Translations under genes and position numbers: made by a program | Source of the DNA: Octopus bimaculoides | Taxonomy: Eukaryota | Reading direction: 5' to 3' | Length of the DNA: 64,000 nucleotides | Assembly: GCF_001194135.2 (NCBI RefSeq) | Contig: NC_068982.1 | Span: forward strand, 50,263,814-50,327,813 | Shown: positions 51,376 through 64,000 of the stretch, piece by piece | Layout: each line of letters starts with the position of its first letter | Position numbering within the stretch: the first letter of the stretch is position 1 | The notes under the pieces: model-generated | Seen by the model: only the letters and a program-made list of their open reading frames with translations | Databases searched by the model: none | What the model was told of the DNA's origin: nothing

Positions 51376-51548
51376 AAAATTATGCATCATCTGTGTCCCG
51401 AACTATGTTTTAAAGTTAACAATTTCGAAAAAAGTAACAGAATCTGTTGATTACCTTGTTTTATTAATCGTATTTGTGCTAAACAAAATTGTGAACAGCA
51501 CCTCTTTCAAGACATATGAGCATTAATTAATACGAATTTCTAAAGTCC

Positions 51549-52011
51549 TAACCCATTTGATAGCAACCTGCCTGAGATCGCTTCTGGTTCTCTGATAGAA
51601 ATTTCGGTTTAAAGTGATCTAAATTAAAAGTTTCCATTAAAATTCTATGTTAATTCATATTCCAATGTCCGATTTTAAAATTACCGTTATTGAATTATTC
51701 ATTATTTTAAAAATTATTTGAAACAAAAGCAGTATAGTTTAACAAAAATATGCTAAGAAATTGATATGAATTTCTCAACTCTTTAACCCCATTGATACCA
51801 ACCCAATTAAGGCTCTCTTAGTTCTATGATACAGATTGTGTTTCAAGGCAATCTAAATTAAAATGTTCCATTAAAATTACATGCTAATTTATTTTCCAAA
51901 CACCGACTTAAAAATTACAGTTATTGTAATAAATTCTACGATATTCTGAAAATTGATTGAAACAAAAGCAATAGAGTTTAACAGAAATATGGTTTAAAAA
52001 AAAAGGGTTAA
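51549..52011. mobile_element. Two tandem piggyBac-type (TTAA) MITE copies
   Basis: Two diverged units of about 220 bp; second is TTAA-CCC...GGG-TTAA (51783-52011). Confidence 0.6.
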
Positions 52012-52014
52012 TCT

Positions 52015-52206
52015 TTTAATCTTTTACTTACTTCAGTCATTGGACGGCAGCCATGCTGGGACATCACTTTGAAGAAGTTTAGTCAAACGAATCGACCCCG
52101 GTACTCATTTTTTAAGCCTGGTGCTTATAACATCGGTTTGTTTTGCCCAGCTGCTAAGTAACGGGAGTGTACACACCGACATCAGTTGTCAAGCGGTGGT
52201 GGGGGA

Positions 52207-52260
<54 letters not shown>

Positions 52261-52425
52261 AATACGACGGGCTTCTTTCAGTTTCCGTCCATTAAATCCA
52301 GTCATAAGGCTTTAGTCGACCCGAAGCTATAGTAGTAAACATTTACACGGGGTGTCAAGCAGTGGTACTGAACTCGGAGCCATGTGATTGAGAAGTAAAC
52401 TTCTTACCACACAACCACGTCTGTG
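52015..52425. mobile_element. SINE S1 followed by SINE S4 (minus)
   Basis: Consensus matches, separated by (CA)n(TA)n. Confidence 0.7.
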
Positions 52426-53184
52426 CCTATAAATTATATTTTCAAAAACAATCTGTGGTGCACTAAGAAATCTTCTGTAGTGCACCTTATCTCTTTCTGA
52501 GCACCCTTGTGCCACAGCACAGTGATTTAAAACCACTGGATTAGGAAAATGTATTGCTTGGATATACCTCTTTCTCACAAGATGATATCTCCACGTCCAA
52601 AGGATCATATAAGGGGGAGTTCTGTTATTGTTATTGTTATTGTTGTTGTTGTTGTTGCTGCTGATGATGATCTTGTTTCTACTGTTGTTGGTGTTGGTTT
52701 TATGGTGCTGAGGTCTTTTCCTGTAGACAACGAGTAACCATGTACTCCCACTCTTCTCAGTTATGGTCGGGTCGTCAGCAACTAAACCGGCTCCCCTCTT
52801 GGTTCTGATTCCTGAATCTTGGAGGAGGGTGTGAGGGCACCCATCAGAACTAAAAACAAGGTCTGTTCAAACAAGGGCACAGGAGCGCTGTTCTTGTCCC
52901 TAACCACACCAAACTAAGACCCCAACGGTGGATCCAGCGGAGGAAGCTAGATATCCGAACTCAACGATTGATCCTAGCGGAAGAGATCAATGCCAGATGG
53001 ACTGGCTAGAAAGGCGCAACACTAATGACATTGGAGCTAGCGGCATTCCGTTGCAACCTTTCTTCCAGACCTCGCATGTCACTCCAGGTAATGTTGCGGC
53101 AGAAAGATTTTAGGCCATAGTGCGTGAGGACCGCCTTCGCAAGGAAATCTCCACTCTNNNNNNNNNNCACACACACACACTTTT

Positions 53185-53935
53185 GTTTACAATAGCCCAA
53201 CAGTCATGGGGTAGAGATGGTAGGAGCAGGTTTTGGTAAAACTAGAAGCTCCTAGTCCGGACTTGTAAGTTAGCGGCAGATGCAAGATGGTTACCTTCCT
53301 GGAACCTAGTGACAACCCAGGGGCTCGGCCCTACATCTGCGACTGGGCAGGCCTATTTGGGAACACCGCTGCTCACCCTGAATGGGGAAGGCCCTAGAAA
53401 AGGTGGGCTAAATATCAGATGTCACCACGGAATCCTGGCTGATAAGCAGCGTCCAGCAGGACACCCATTTCAGCGGTCGAACAACAACAGAAATTAAATT
53501 AAGTCAACTAATTGAATTAATCATTGGAACATGGAACGTGTAAATGCTCCTCGAGGATTGAGACACAGAGAGACCAGAACGTAAAACAGCTCTTATCTCC
53601 AAAGAACTAGCGAGATTTAACATCGACATGGCTGCCCTCAGTGAAACACGTCTATCTGGGGAAGGAAAGACTGAAGAGATAGGTTCGAGTTACACCTTCT
53701 TCTGGAAAGGGAAAGGAAAAGAGAGACAAATTCATGGAGTCGTTTTTGCTGTAAAATCCAAGCTTGTGAAGGAACACCATCTGAAACCTTTTGCCATCAA
53801 TGAACGGCTTATTACTCTCCGAATACCGATCTCTGCCACCACGTTTATGACACTGATCTCTGCTTACGCACCTAAACTTGATGCCAAGGACAATGTGAAA
53901 AACACCTTATACCAACAGTTGAGTGCCTGATCCTC
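53185..53935 (+). mobile_element. RTE-clade LINE 5' region with AP-endonuclease pseudogene
   Basis: IIGTWNV*..ERKTALISKELARFNIDMAALSETRLSGEG..YTFFWKG..HGVVFAVKS..INERLITLR..TLISAYAP. Confidence 0.85.
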
Positions 53936-54949
53936 AATGTTAAAATAATAGACAGAGAACACCACCGGAAAATACGAAAACTAAAAGAAGCAGCACGTAT
54001 GCTAGGACACGGCGGCCCAGGTGGGTGGACGGGCTCCTAGCCAAATTTCGTCTATCAAATTTCCTCTCATGGCGCCGGTCAGCATGGTGCTATAGTAAAA
54101 AAATATTTGCACAAGTTGCCGCGCAGTGGGACTTGAACTCAAAGCTATATAGTTGCAAGGCGAACTTCTTAACCACATAGAAATACCTGAGCCTAACCCC
54201 CCCCCCCCAAAAAAAANNNNNNNNNNAGAAATACCTGAGCCTAACCCCCCCCCCCCAAAAAAAAAACCATAGTAACTTTAGAAATTATGATTATTTCTTG
54301 CGAAAGATCAACGCTTTTAAGTGTAAGTAGTATATTACAATCAACTACATCGTCCCTGTATATTAAAGGGATATTTCTTTTTAGTGAATCCAGAATTGAA
54401 AAATTATAATAAAATGTACCTTGCTAGGATTTGAACTTCGAACTGAGAAGCTGAAATTAAATACTGTAACGTATGTAATATTTCTACTGTTGACAGCTGC
54501 AATATTTCATTCTGCTTCACCTATGTGACATGATTCAATGAGGTATGTCAGTCGTATATGTTTAAATCATGGAATGTAATTCAATGAGGCGATACTTTCA
54601 TATTTATTAAGGAAGTTCTTTCGAATTTGAAGACCACCTGCATCTAACTGGCCCTTGAGAACAGATTACTTCCCGGCGAAACTCAATTATATTAACTATA
54701 GATTCTACGATACACATGCTAACATACTTAAGTATCACAGTAGAAATATTATTAAGATTTATTAGAAGCGCTTTTTCTTAGAAGTAAGGCTTCAATATCA
54801 CATCGATTTTATCTCCAGAACCAAACAGTTATCTTTCTTAGTCACCATCAACTCTCTGTCACAATTTCCACCATCTTCACCACTTGTCAGCGACAATAGA
54901 TTTTTTTTTAGTGATATCTATAAATCTTTTAAAGACATATTTGTATCTA

Positions 54950-55355
54950 GGAGCAGGTATGGCTTTGTAGTTATGAAGTTTGCTTTGCAACCACGTGGTT
55001 TCGGGTTCAGTCCCACAGCGCGGCACCTTAGGTAAATGTCTTCTACCATAACCCCGGGCGACCGATACTTTATATTAGATTTTGTTGACAGAAACTGAAA
55101 GAAGCCCGTCGTATATATATACATATATGTGTGTGTGTGTGTGTGTCTATGCTAGTGTTTCTTTGTGTCCATGCTTGTTCCACCACACCGCCTAACAACC
55201 GGTGTTAGTTTGTCTCCGTTACCTAGCAGTTTGTGAAAAGAGACCAATAGAATAAGTACCAGGGATCGATCTTCACAAAAAAAAAGACCCTTCAAGCAAA
55301 GAGGTATCCCAGTATGGTCGTAGTCCAATAGCCGAAACAGGTAAAAGATAAAAGT
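54950..55355. mobile_element. SINE S4 (+) followed by SINE S1
   Basis: Consensus matches. Confidence 0.7.
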
Positions 55356-56094
55356 TAATTTTTTAAAGACATGCTCAGAATTACTTATGAAAGCAAGGCA
55401 TATATTTGCACTATTTTATTTAAATACCAACACTTAAAACATTAGCAACGAAATTTACGAAATATGCAACTTTTGTCGTCGCCTTTATAGTCTATTATAT
55501 AGGAAACGTAAGCAATCACTAAATACGAATGTTTTTTAAAGGTAGACATTTAGCGCTAAGAGTACAACGTAGATTTGGTTACAGCACGACTATTACTGCT
55601 TCTCTGCATTTGTCGCTGATCGTATATGTGTACGTGCTCTTGTGTGTGTGGGGGGGAGGAGGAAATAAGTTGTTATTTTACACCAGTATATAGCAAGCAC
55701 TAGCAGAACAGCGTTAAGTTCTTGATGACCTTGTTTCTATTCACAGTTGGAATCTTTTCACATCACTTATGACCTCAAGGTCTTGGAAAATCATAAACAC
55801 GATAATGTACATTTTTCTCGCCTCCTAAAAATATTTTTCTGATCTATCATGCATGTCTAAAAAGGAACCTCTTATGTCCAAAGGTCTAAACTGAAATGTT
55901 TAAAAAATTAATCATCGCACACGTACAGACTCACCGACCAACCACACGCATAAAAGAAAAGAAAAAAAAAGAAACTCATTTTAGACTTCAAGCTTTTCAT
56001 GAAAATGTATACCAAACACTGTTGTTGCCTTATAAAAGATTAAAGTTTATACCTTCATGTTCAGTTCTATATTCAAGAGATGAGGAATTATGTA

Positions 56095-56305
56095 TAGTAT
56101 TTACATTTGACCTTATCTTGTTTGTTGTGAACTCAACGTTTCGGCTGATATACCCTCCAGCCTTCATCAGGTGTTTTTGGAGAAATTTCGAACCTGGCTT
56201 CTCATTCCTAAGGTATTGTTCGATTATTATTCAGGTCACTGCTTGGAATAGAACTCGGAATCTTGGGGATAACAGCCCGCGCTCAACCAATACGCCATAT
56301 GCCGT
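56095..56305 (-). mobile_element. tRNA-headed SINE-like element carrying a hammerhead motif
   Basis: A-box TGGCGTATTGG (56297-56287), B-box-like GAGTTCTATTCC (56256-56245), then the HHR at 56173-56132. Confidence 0.7.
56132..56173 (-). ncRNA. Minimal type-I hammerhead ribozyme motif
   Basis: CAC-CUGAUGA-A-GGCUG-GAGGGUAUAU-CAGCC-GAAA-CG-UU-GAG: canonical core, perfect 5-bp stem II, one stem I mismatch. Confidence 0.7.
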
Positions 56306-56623
56306 GGGCAATTATGGAGTGAATTTTAGGGTTTATAAATCTAATATTTTCCTATCCTTCCTTAATACCGGTTCCAACTCCTGCGCCTTACTCGATCAAT
56401 TTTTCCCAAACCATTGTTTGGCTAACATGATAGAGTCTTATGGACTGGCAAGTAGAAAGAAACCAGTGGTTAGTGGGGCTGAACAACTTTTGATAACTAA
56501 ACTGCGTTGCCCGAAGTAAGAATAATTTTGCAGAAAAAGAATTTTGCAGGTCTGTAAGATGTAATCCCCAAATAAAGATGTGATATTTTCCAGTATTGTT
56601 GATGTTGTTGTGTGGTGTGGTGT

Positions 56624-56671
<48 letters not shown>

Positions 56672-57229
56672 TGCGTGCGTGTGTGTTTGTCTGCCACCAC
56701 CGCTTGACCAGCGGTGCTGCTCTGTTTACATCTCCGTACATCTTCGAACGGCAAAAGCTACTGACAATAAGTTGCAGGTTTTAAAAATGTAAGTGTTGGG
56801 GGTTAATATGTGCGACTACTTAACTCTTCCAGGATGTAGTCCAATGACTGAAACAAGTAAAAGACAAACACGTGTGTGTTTCTGTGTGTGTGTGTGTGTG
56901 TGTAACGAAGGGAACAAGAAACTTGCTTTCTTTCTTTTCTTTACTTTCTTGACAGTGCGCAGATAACCGGTCAAAATAACTTCAACCAGGAAGAAGACAC
57001 AAACATATTCATACACATACATACGTAGGCATGTATGTTCGAATGTACCTATGAAACTGGGAGACAAGAAGCACATAAATAAACAGTGGAGGAGGGAGAG
57101 GAAGGGAGTGAGTAAAGTGAACGGTGATAAAAGGTCGGAATTATTCCGAAGTTACGAGACATGGTTGTACGATACGCATATATATATTATTTATATGTAT
57201 GTATGTATGTATGTATGTATGCATGCATG

Positions 57230-57282
<53 letters not shown>

Positions 57283-59025
57283 GCAGAGAGAGGGGGAGTG
57301 AGGGAGTTTACTGTTTAATCTATCGATTAAAAGAAAATGACATGGATAAGAAAGAATGTATGCAAATATGTGAGATTAACTGAAAACAGGAGAGTTTGAT
57401 TGAGAAAGAGAGGGAAAATGAGAGAGAGGAAGAGAAGAACAAGAGAGAGGGCAACAGAAATAGAGGAAGGAGAAAAAGAGAGACGTGTATTGAATACAAG
57501 AATAAGGTAGTTAAATATATATAGAGAGAAAAGCAAAATGGAAGAATGGAAGGACAGATAAAGAGAGTGTTTGAGATAGTGACAGAGAGAGGGAGTGAGA
57601 GAGAATGATGCTACCTTAAAAATATAAATTATAAAAGGTCATCTGACAACGAAGAAAAAAACTGGCATGGTGGTTGTCTCGGAAAAAATATTAAAAAGAG
57701 TAAAAAATACGAGCAGCGTGGGGGTTTATGTTTGTGGTGATGTATTCCGTGCCGGTCTTTTGAACGCAGACACACAGACTCCAGACTAATTACTGACATA
57801 GAAATGTTGGGAGAATAACAGAAACTTGTCCTTCTTTTCTGAAGTGTACCAAATAGGAAAACAATCGCCAGCGTCATCCTACTCACAGTCCAAACAGCCG
57901 TCAAAAGTCATCAATTACAGATCCACTAAACTAAACGTACTAAGTAGATGGTATGATAGCCAAAGTTGCCTTTATGTCTTTTATCAATACTTGCCCTTGA
58001 ATGTAATCAAGGATATTCGCGAATATACGATCATAAATACAAGAAAATATTTTATCTCGACTGTCTGTTTATTGATTCATGTTTATCTGAGTAGAAGCAA
58101 GATTTTCACCTTCATTTTAGCAACACAGTGTAACACGATTTTTGTTCTTCGGTAGCCACAGTGATTTTTTTTATTTGCTTACCCCTAGAAAGTATGATAA
58201 ATGGCTAACATTTCCTTCAAACTTTGCTTTTGTTACATTTATTAAAACCTCTCTCAACACTTGGCTATAATGCTCCCCCACTACTGTTGCTCATCACCAG
58301 AGACGCACATATTGTCAGCTACTAAAGGACATGCTCAAGTGGTTAAGGTCAAGTAGCTGACAAGCAAATCTGTGGTATTGAGTAGAATATTTGCTATAAT
58401 GCTATTTCTGCTTCAGCAACTCAGAGCTGAATTTGTCCGAAATGTAATGGAAAATAAATCAGTTTCAAAACATTGAGGATCTAATTAAATTGATTCACAA
58501 AATCTGCATTTTTTAAAATGAAGTAAAAAAATCTGAAAATTGGCTACATTAATGTAGCTTTCTACTCTTATTGCTATGAAGACATGATGTTGTAGACAAA
58601 AACAAATTCGAGGAAAAAGTTACAACTGGGTATTTTTAGCCAATAGCGAGACAGAAATTTTCTGCGTTTAGCGGTGTCAACTTTATGGCTGTACCCTGTG
58701 AAATTTATAGTTTATCGTCTGTGAAATGACCTGTTCCGTGTAGGTTTCTAAATAAACACAAAAACCTAATAAAATCAACATGTATCATCTTAATATTTCT
58801 TTTGTCTCTTCATTGATTTCTACAGTGTTTTGTATGTTTTTGTTATTTTTTAAAAATTTGTTATATCAATATATTTGTTTGCATGTGTTTACTTTACGCG
58901 TATTTCAGTATTATGTACACCTGTTATGTTTTTGTGGACATCATTAACATATAAGTGTATGTGGATGTATGTTTTCATATATAAGTTTATATGCACATTT
59001 ATGCATTCATATACGTGTGAGTGTT

Positions 59026-59066
<41 letters not shown>

Positions 59067-60489
59067 AGGGGGCGTCTGTCTCCAAAACTCCAAAGTTGAG
59101 TAACGTTTTCATGCTTGGATTTGTAAACTACGATAAGAGTAACTCTGGCCAACGAAAATTTTGTCTTAAGGAAAAGAATACCTGTTTCTTATATGTTTTT
59201 GCATGCAGAATTCAAAAGTAATGTCAAATTATCTGTATCAACCATAGTTTCTCTGTTCCACGATATCCCTCTCAGTGGTTTAAATTTCAGTGAAGCCGTT
59301 GAAATGTGAAGCTAAGAGATACTCATAATTTAAATGTTTATGAATAGAATTAACCTAGTGAAATCATAAATCCAGCTATTTGAGTCAATGAGTTCCTGAA
59401 GCTTGGCAATACTGAGTCGATGGGTCACTGATGCTTCGTCAGTACTGTGCTTGAAGTGTAGGTGTGCAGTTGTGTACTAAGTTCACATATTCCATACACC
59501 TTCATAATGCCACGAAACTGTATAAAGATCGCAAAAAACTTTTGCTATATGTGAAAAATATGTAAAATATTAAGATAATTGACGAAAAATATCTAGAATA
59601 AAATTTTAATTGATAAATATAATTTTTTATTAAAACAAAACACCCGGGTGAAGTAAATCTCGTGGTGTGGAGAATTAACACAACGTGCGGTTGTCATGGT
59701 AACAAGTTGTTAATGCCTCGCTGTCTGTTGATTGGCTAAAATTACCCAAATTTCCCAACTTTAATTCCAAATAGCATCAGATTCTTTAATTTACGAGATA
59801 AAGTAATTGGCTGATCGTAATCAAAATTCAGAGTTGCATCGATACACCAAAATTGAAAGCAATCTGAGCAAAATTAAAGGGGACTGATTTTGTGAATCAG
59901 TTTAACTAGATCCAACATTGATGTCCACATAGAAAATAACACTCACTGACCAAGGACAAAAAAATTAAATAAAATGAAAAAAAAATTTTGTTACACAGAG
60001 TAATTTGATATGTTAAATCTGGACTGTCTTCAGATTGGGTAATGCTCTAAATTCTTTGAGTAAATTTCTACACGAAAATGTAGAAACACCTCACACAAAC
60101 TCCTAAATCTTATCACCTTATCACATCATCAATACAAGAACAAATGTCTAATTTATATTTATGAAATATCTCAAAACCTATCCAGATCTCGCAGGAAGAT
60201 TACATTTTCCTATAGTAAGCGTGAAAGGATTAGCGAATTTTAAACATTTGAAACTTCTTTGGAAAATGTGTAAAATGGTAAAAATAACAAATAGTGACAG
60301 AAGCAGTATTAATACGAAAAAGTCATCTTGATCTCTAGCTTAACGTAAAGGTTGTGTTAGACTATAGAATACTGCGTTATTTGCATTGAGAGAATCTCAC
60401 ATATGTGCTCGTAACGTATAAAAGTACTAATGACAGAGCTTATATTTTTTATAACCTTTTGTGGTGACCTTATATATATAACACTAAAA

Positions 60490-60730
60490 AGGTAAAGTTA
60501 CCTTCTCGAGTCATGCCAGCTCATAAGGGCTGGTTTCCCGGTTTCCATGGCATATAAATTCCCCACCTGGACGGGACGCCGGTCCGAGGCAGGATTACTC
60601 ATTTTTGCCAGCTGAGTGAACTGGAGCAAGCAACGTGAAATGAAGTGTTTCGATCAAGAATACAACACATCGCCCGGTCAAGAATCGAAACCGCAATCTT
60701 ACGATCATGATTCAAACACGCGCCTCCACA
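60490..60730 (-). mobile_element. SINE S2-related element
   Basis: GGACGGGACGCCGGTCC..CAGCTGAGTGAACTGGAGC..CAACGTGAAAT. Confidence 0.65.
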
Positions 60731-61370
60731 TATATAACATAACTTCATCGTAAATGGAAGTATTTTTGTTTAGGGCGCGAAAATAATTCAGTTAATGACA
60801 GTTGTTGGTTACCTACAAAACTCAAGTGCGGCTTATATCAGGTTCGTGGGTCCTGCCTCAAGAAAAAACAATCCTCAAAGCCCATTTTAATTTTGAGAGG
60901 CTCTTCACTTCCGACCCCGACGGGACTCCAAAACAGTCTTGCTCCTCCTTGCAAAATTTCTCACAGAAACCCTTCTTACATATCTCATGATATTTCTACT
61001 ACGTATACAACGTTGCTGGCTGTATCCACTCCATAACTGGACTTTTCCTATACTGTTCTTTCCTTCTGAAGGTAGGCCTTTGCGCCTGAAATATAAGCTT
61101 GTTAAACTTTCCGCATTGTCAGAANNNNNNNNNNNNNNNNNNNNNNNNNNNNNNNNNNNNNNNNNNNNNNNNNNNNNNNNNNNNNNNNNNNNNNNNNNNN
61201 NNNNNNNNNNNNNNNNNNNNNNNNNNNNNNNNNNNNNNNNNNNNNNNNNNNNNNNNNNNNNNNNNNNNNNNNNNNNNNNNNNNNNNNNNNNNNNNNNNNN
61301 NNNNNNNNNNNNNNNNNNNNNNNNNNNNNNNNNNNNNNNNNNNNNNNNNNNNNNNNNNNNNNNNNNNNNN

Positions 61371-61408
<38 letters not shown>

Positions 61409-62444
61409 ATGTGTGCATGTGTAAAGCGAAAGAGCGAGCACAGAATATCGCCCTCAATACTCCATCGTCCTTGAAAAATACTCAAAAGACAAAGTTGACA
61501 TCGGCTGGGCTTAAACTCAGGATACAGAGCGGTGAAAGAAATACCGAAAAGCATTCTATCTGACGTGTTAACGATTCTTCCAATTCAACGCCTTCAATTC
61601 GTGATAGACTAGCGCATTATTTAGGGGAGAGATTTATCCCGCATCCGTTCAATGCTACGGCAAACCGGAGGGAGATAAGCTTCGGATTTTTTACAGTTTC
61701 GTGATTCAGAACGGATTAGCAAACAAGTGTGGGAAGTGAGTTACTTTCACATCGATTGGGCTTTAAGCTAATTGAACCCACTTCCTTGCGATATATGCTT
61801 CCTTGGATTGTGTGTGACGTGTTGATTGTCATGTTCGGCTAAGACTCATTTAATCTTCGGCTCATTCAAGCATTCAGTTTCCATCACATGTCGGATATAA
61901 ACATTGATAAGGGAAATTGCATACACGTGTGCTTGCTTATATTTTCTCTCTCTCTCTCTCTCTCTCTCTCACCCTTTGTTTGTCTAGTTCTCTCTCTCTC
62001 CCTCCTCTCCCTCTCTGTCTCTCTCTCTCGTTTCAATACTCGGGCTGTCGGAAGTTGTCTATGTCATTTTTCCCCCAAACACTGCAGTCCTGTTATTGTC
62101 ACACAGGGAGGAAACGAAGCAAGCACAATCAATTTGGAATACAAGTAGGGGGTCGTTTCATTAGGTTCGCTTCTGCCACCCAGTAGCCAGCCATATCACT
62201 AAATTGTATTCGAGTCTTATACAGGATTTGAATTTTCGTAATATACATGTTAGCCACAGCATGGTTGTAGTCTAGTGATTAAAACCAGTAAAAGTAAAAC
62301 AAGACAAGAATAAAAGAGGTACGTGTAATTTTAATATAGAAGACTATTGTGACAATGTAAAAAAATATTGTGATATTTGCAGTTTAATAACGCAAATATT
62401 TCTATTGTAGATGAAATTACAATGAAAAGCTGAATGTTATAATA

Positions 62445-62890
62445 TTGGTCTCCATCTCTGGCACGAGGCCAGGAATTTCAGAGGAACGGGTAAATCGATT
62501 ACATCGATTCCAGTGTTCAACTGGTAATTATTTTATCGATCCCGAAAGGATGAAAGGCAAAGTTGACCTCGCTGGAATTTGAACTCAGAATGTACAGACG
62601 GACGATATACTGTTAAGCATTTCGTCCGGCGTCTTAATGATTCTGCTAGCTCGCCGCCTTACTCAACGTTGTAATATAGGTTTCAAATTTTGGTATAAGG
62701 CTAACAGGTTGAGGGAAGGGGCTAAGTCGATTACATCGGCCCCAGTTTTCAACTGGTAGTTATTTTATCGATTTCTAAAGCATGAAAAGCAAAGTCGACT
62801 TCGGCGAAATTTGAACTCAGAACGTACAGACGGACGATATGTCGTTAAGCATTTTGCCCGGCGTGCTAACGACTCTGTTCGCCGCCTTAC
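62445..62890 (-). mobile_element. Two tandem SINE S3 copies
   Basis: Two units of about 225 bp matching the S3 consensus. Confidence 0.8.
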
Positions 62891-63114
62891 TGAAAGTTAT
62901 CATATTGATTTCAAACATTGTAACAAAGACACATTTTAGGGGAAGAACGTAGTCGATGGAATCAACACTAGTATACGCTAGTATGTGGTTGCTGCTGTAC
63001 TTTATAATGCTGTACGTTACAGTGTACTTTATAGGCGTAATCTCTCGAGTCCGAGAAAAATGGTTCTGCAATTTCTTGCTCAACAACCTGCAAAGATGAT
63101 TTATTCTTTCATTC

Positions 63115-63355
63115 TTTTACTTTTTTCAGTCATTTGAATGCGGCCATGCTGGAGCACCGCCTTAAAGGGATTTTAGTCGAAGAAATCGACCCCCAGGACT
63201 TATTCTTTGTAAGCCTAGTACTTATTCTATCACTGTATTTTGCCGAACCGCTAAGTTATGTACGGGGACGTAAACACACCAACATCAGTTGTCAAGTGAT
63301 GGTGGTGGTGGTGGTGGTGATGGTGGTGGTGGTGGGGCAAATACAAACACAAAGA
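63115..63355. mobile_element. SINE-like repeat S1
   Basis: S1 consensus match. Confidence 0.75.
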
Positions 63356-63962
63356 CAACTCCCCCGCGCCACATGCACATATATATATCGACAACGCACC
63401 GCTCGGTCCGGGTATCGAACCTATGATCTTGCGATCGTCAGTGCAACACCCTAATTACTAGATCATGTGCCCTAACCACTGTATTTTATATGTGCCTTGG
63501 ATATGGAGCGCCTTAAGCATCCAGGAGGTTTACAACGCAGAATGCAGTAGCAGAGGGGTTTCCAGGAGTCATGACCTGAATACGGCCCGGTTCCCTAAGA
63601 CAGCAAGAGGTTAATAGCCCAAAGACTTGCAGGTGAGAGTGGCTTCATCTCTGAAGATATTTTCTTGGCCAGCTCTCCCTATAGTTTCTTGCTATCCATA
63701 ATCCCGTAAAGGTGAAAGTAAAATTGATCACGACCGGACTTCAACTCAGTATGTCTCTCTGGATGATGTTTAATTAAATATTTTCTATCACAATAACAGT
63801 AACCACTCGCCGTATCGCGGTTTACCTACCGCGCCTTCATACATCGCAGATTTTTCTGGCTAATATTCTTTTATTCTATTTTTATCCATCCTTCTACTCT
63901 TTTACTTGTTTCAGTCATTTGACTGCGGTCATGCTGGAGCACCGCCTTTATTCGAACAAATC

Positions 63963-64000
<38 letters not shown>

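Noticed and set aside
54178-54268. Direct duplication AGAAATACCTGAGCCTAACCCCC..AAAA
   Set aside because: The two copies flank a 10-N gap, so this is most likely a contig-overlap assembly artefact.
54497-54542. Candidate 46-nt exon (ACAG|..|GTATGT)
   Set aside because: Stop codons in all three frames.

Overview
This is eukaryotic, non-genic or intronic DNA with many microsatellite-flanked N-gaps. The repeat families resemble those of a coleoid cephalopod (Octopus-like); this is an inference from repeat content. No host protein-coding gene can be identified, only isolated candidate exons. The window is a mosaic of SINE families, decayed non-LTR retrotransposons (Penelope GIY-YIG, R4/Dong-type, Hero-like, L1/Tx1, RTE) and DNA transposons (two mariners, a piggyBac derivative, MITEs). 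The most striking signal is a set of six minimal type-I hammerhead-ribozyme-like motifs (CUGANGA-stem II-GAAA-palindromic stem III) with covarying stems, spread over several repeat families. One of them lies directly downstream of a tRNA-derived Pol III promoter, resembling the Schistosoma Sm-alpha ribozyme-SINE. Other notable features are a Merlin-like MITE family with 8-bp TSDs carrying a (TTAGGG)n core between inverted arms, a fold-back Penelope, and several perfect or near-perfect hairpins. Boundaries of SINE/LINE fragments are approximate (about +/-20 bp); TIR, TSD, hairpin and ribozyme coordinates were counted by hand.
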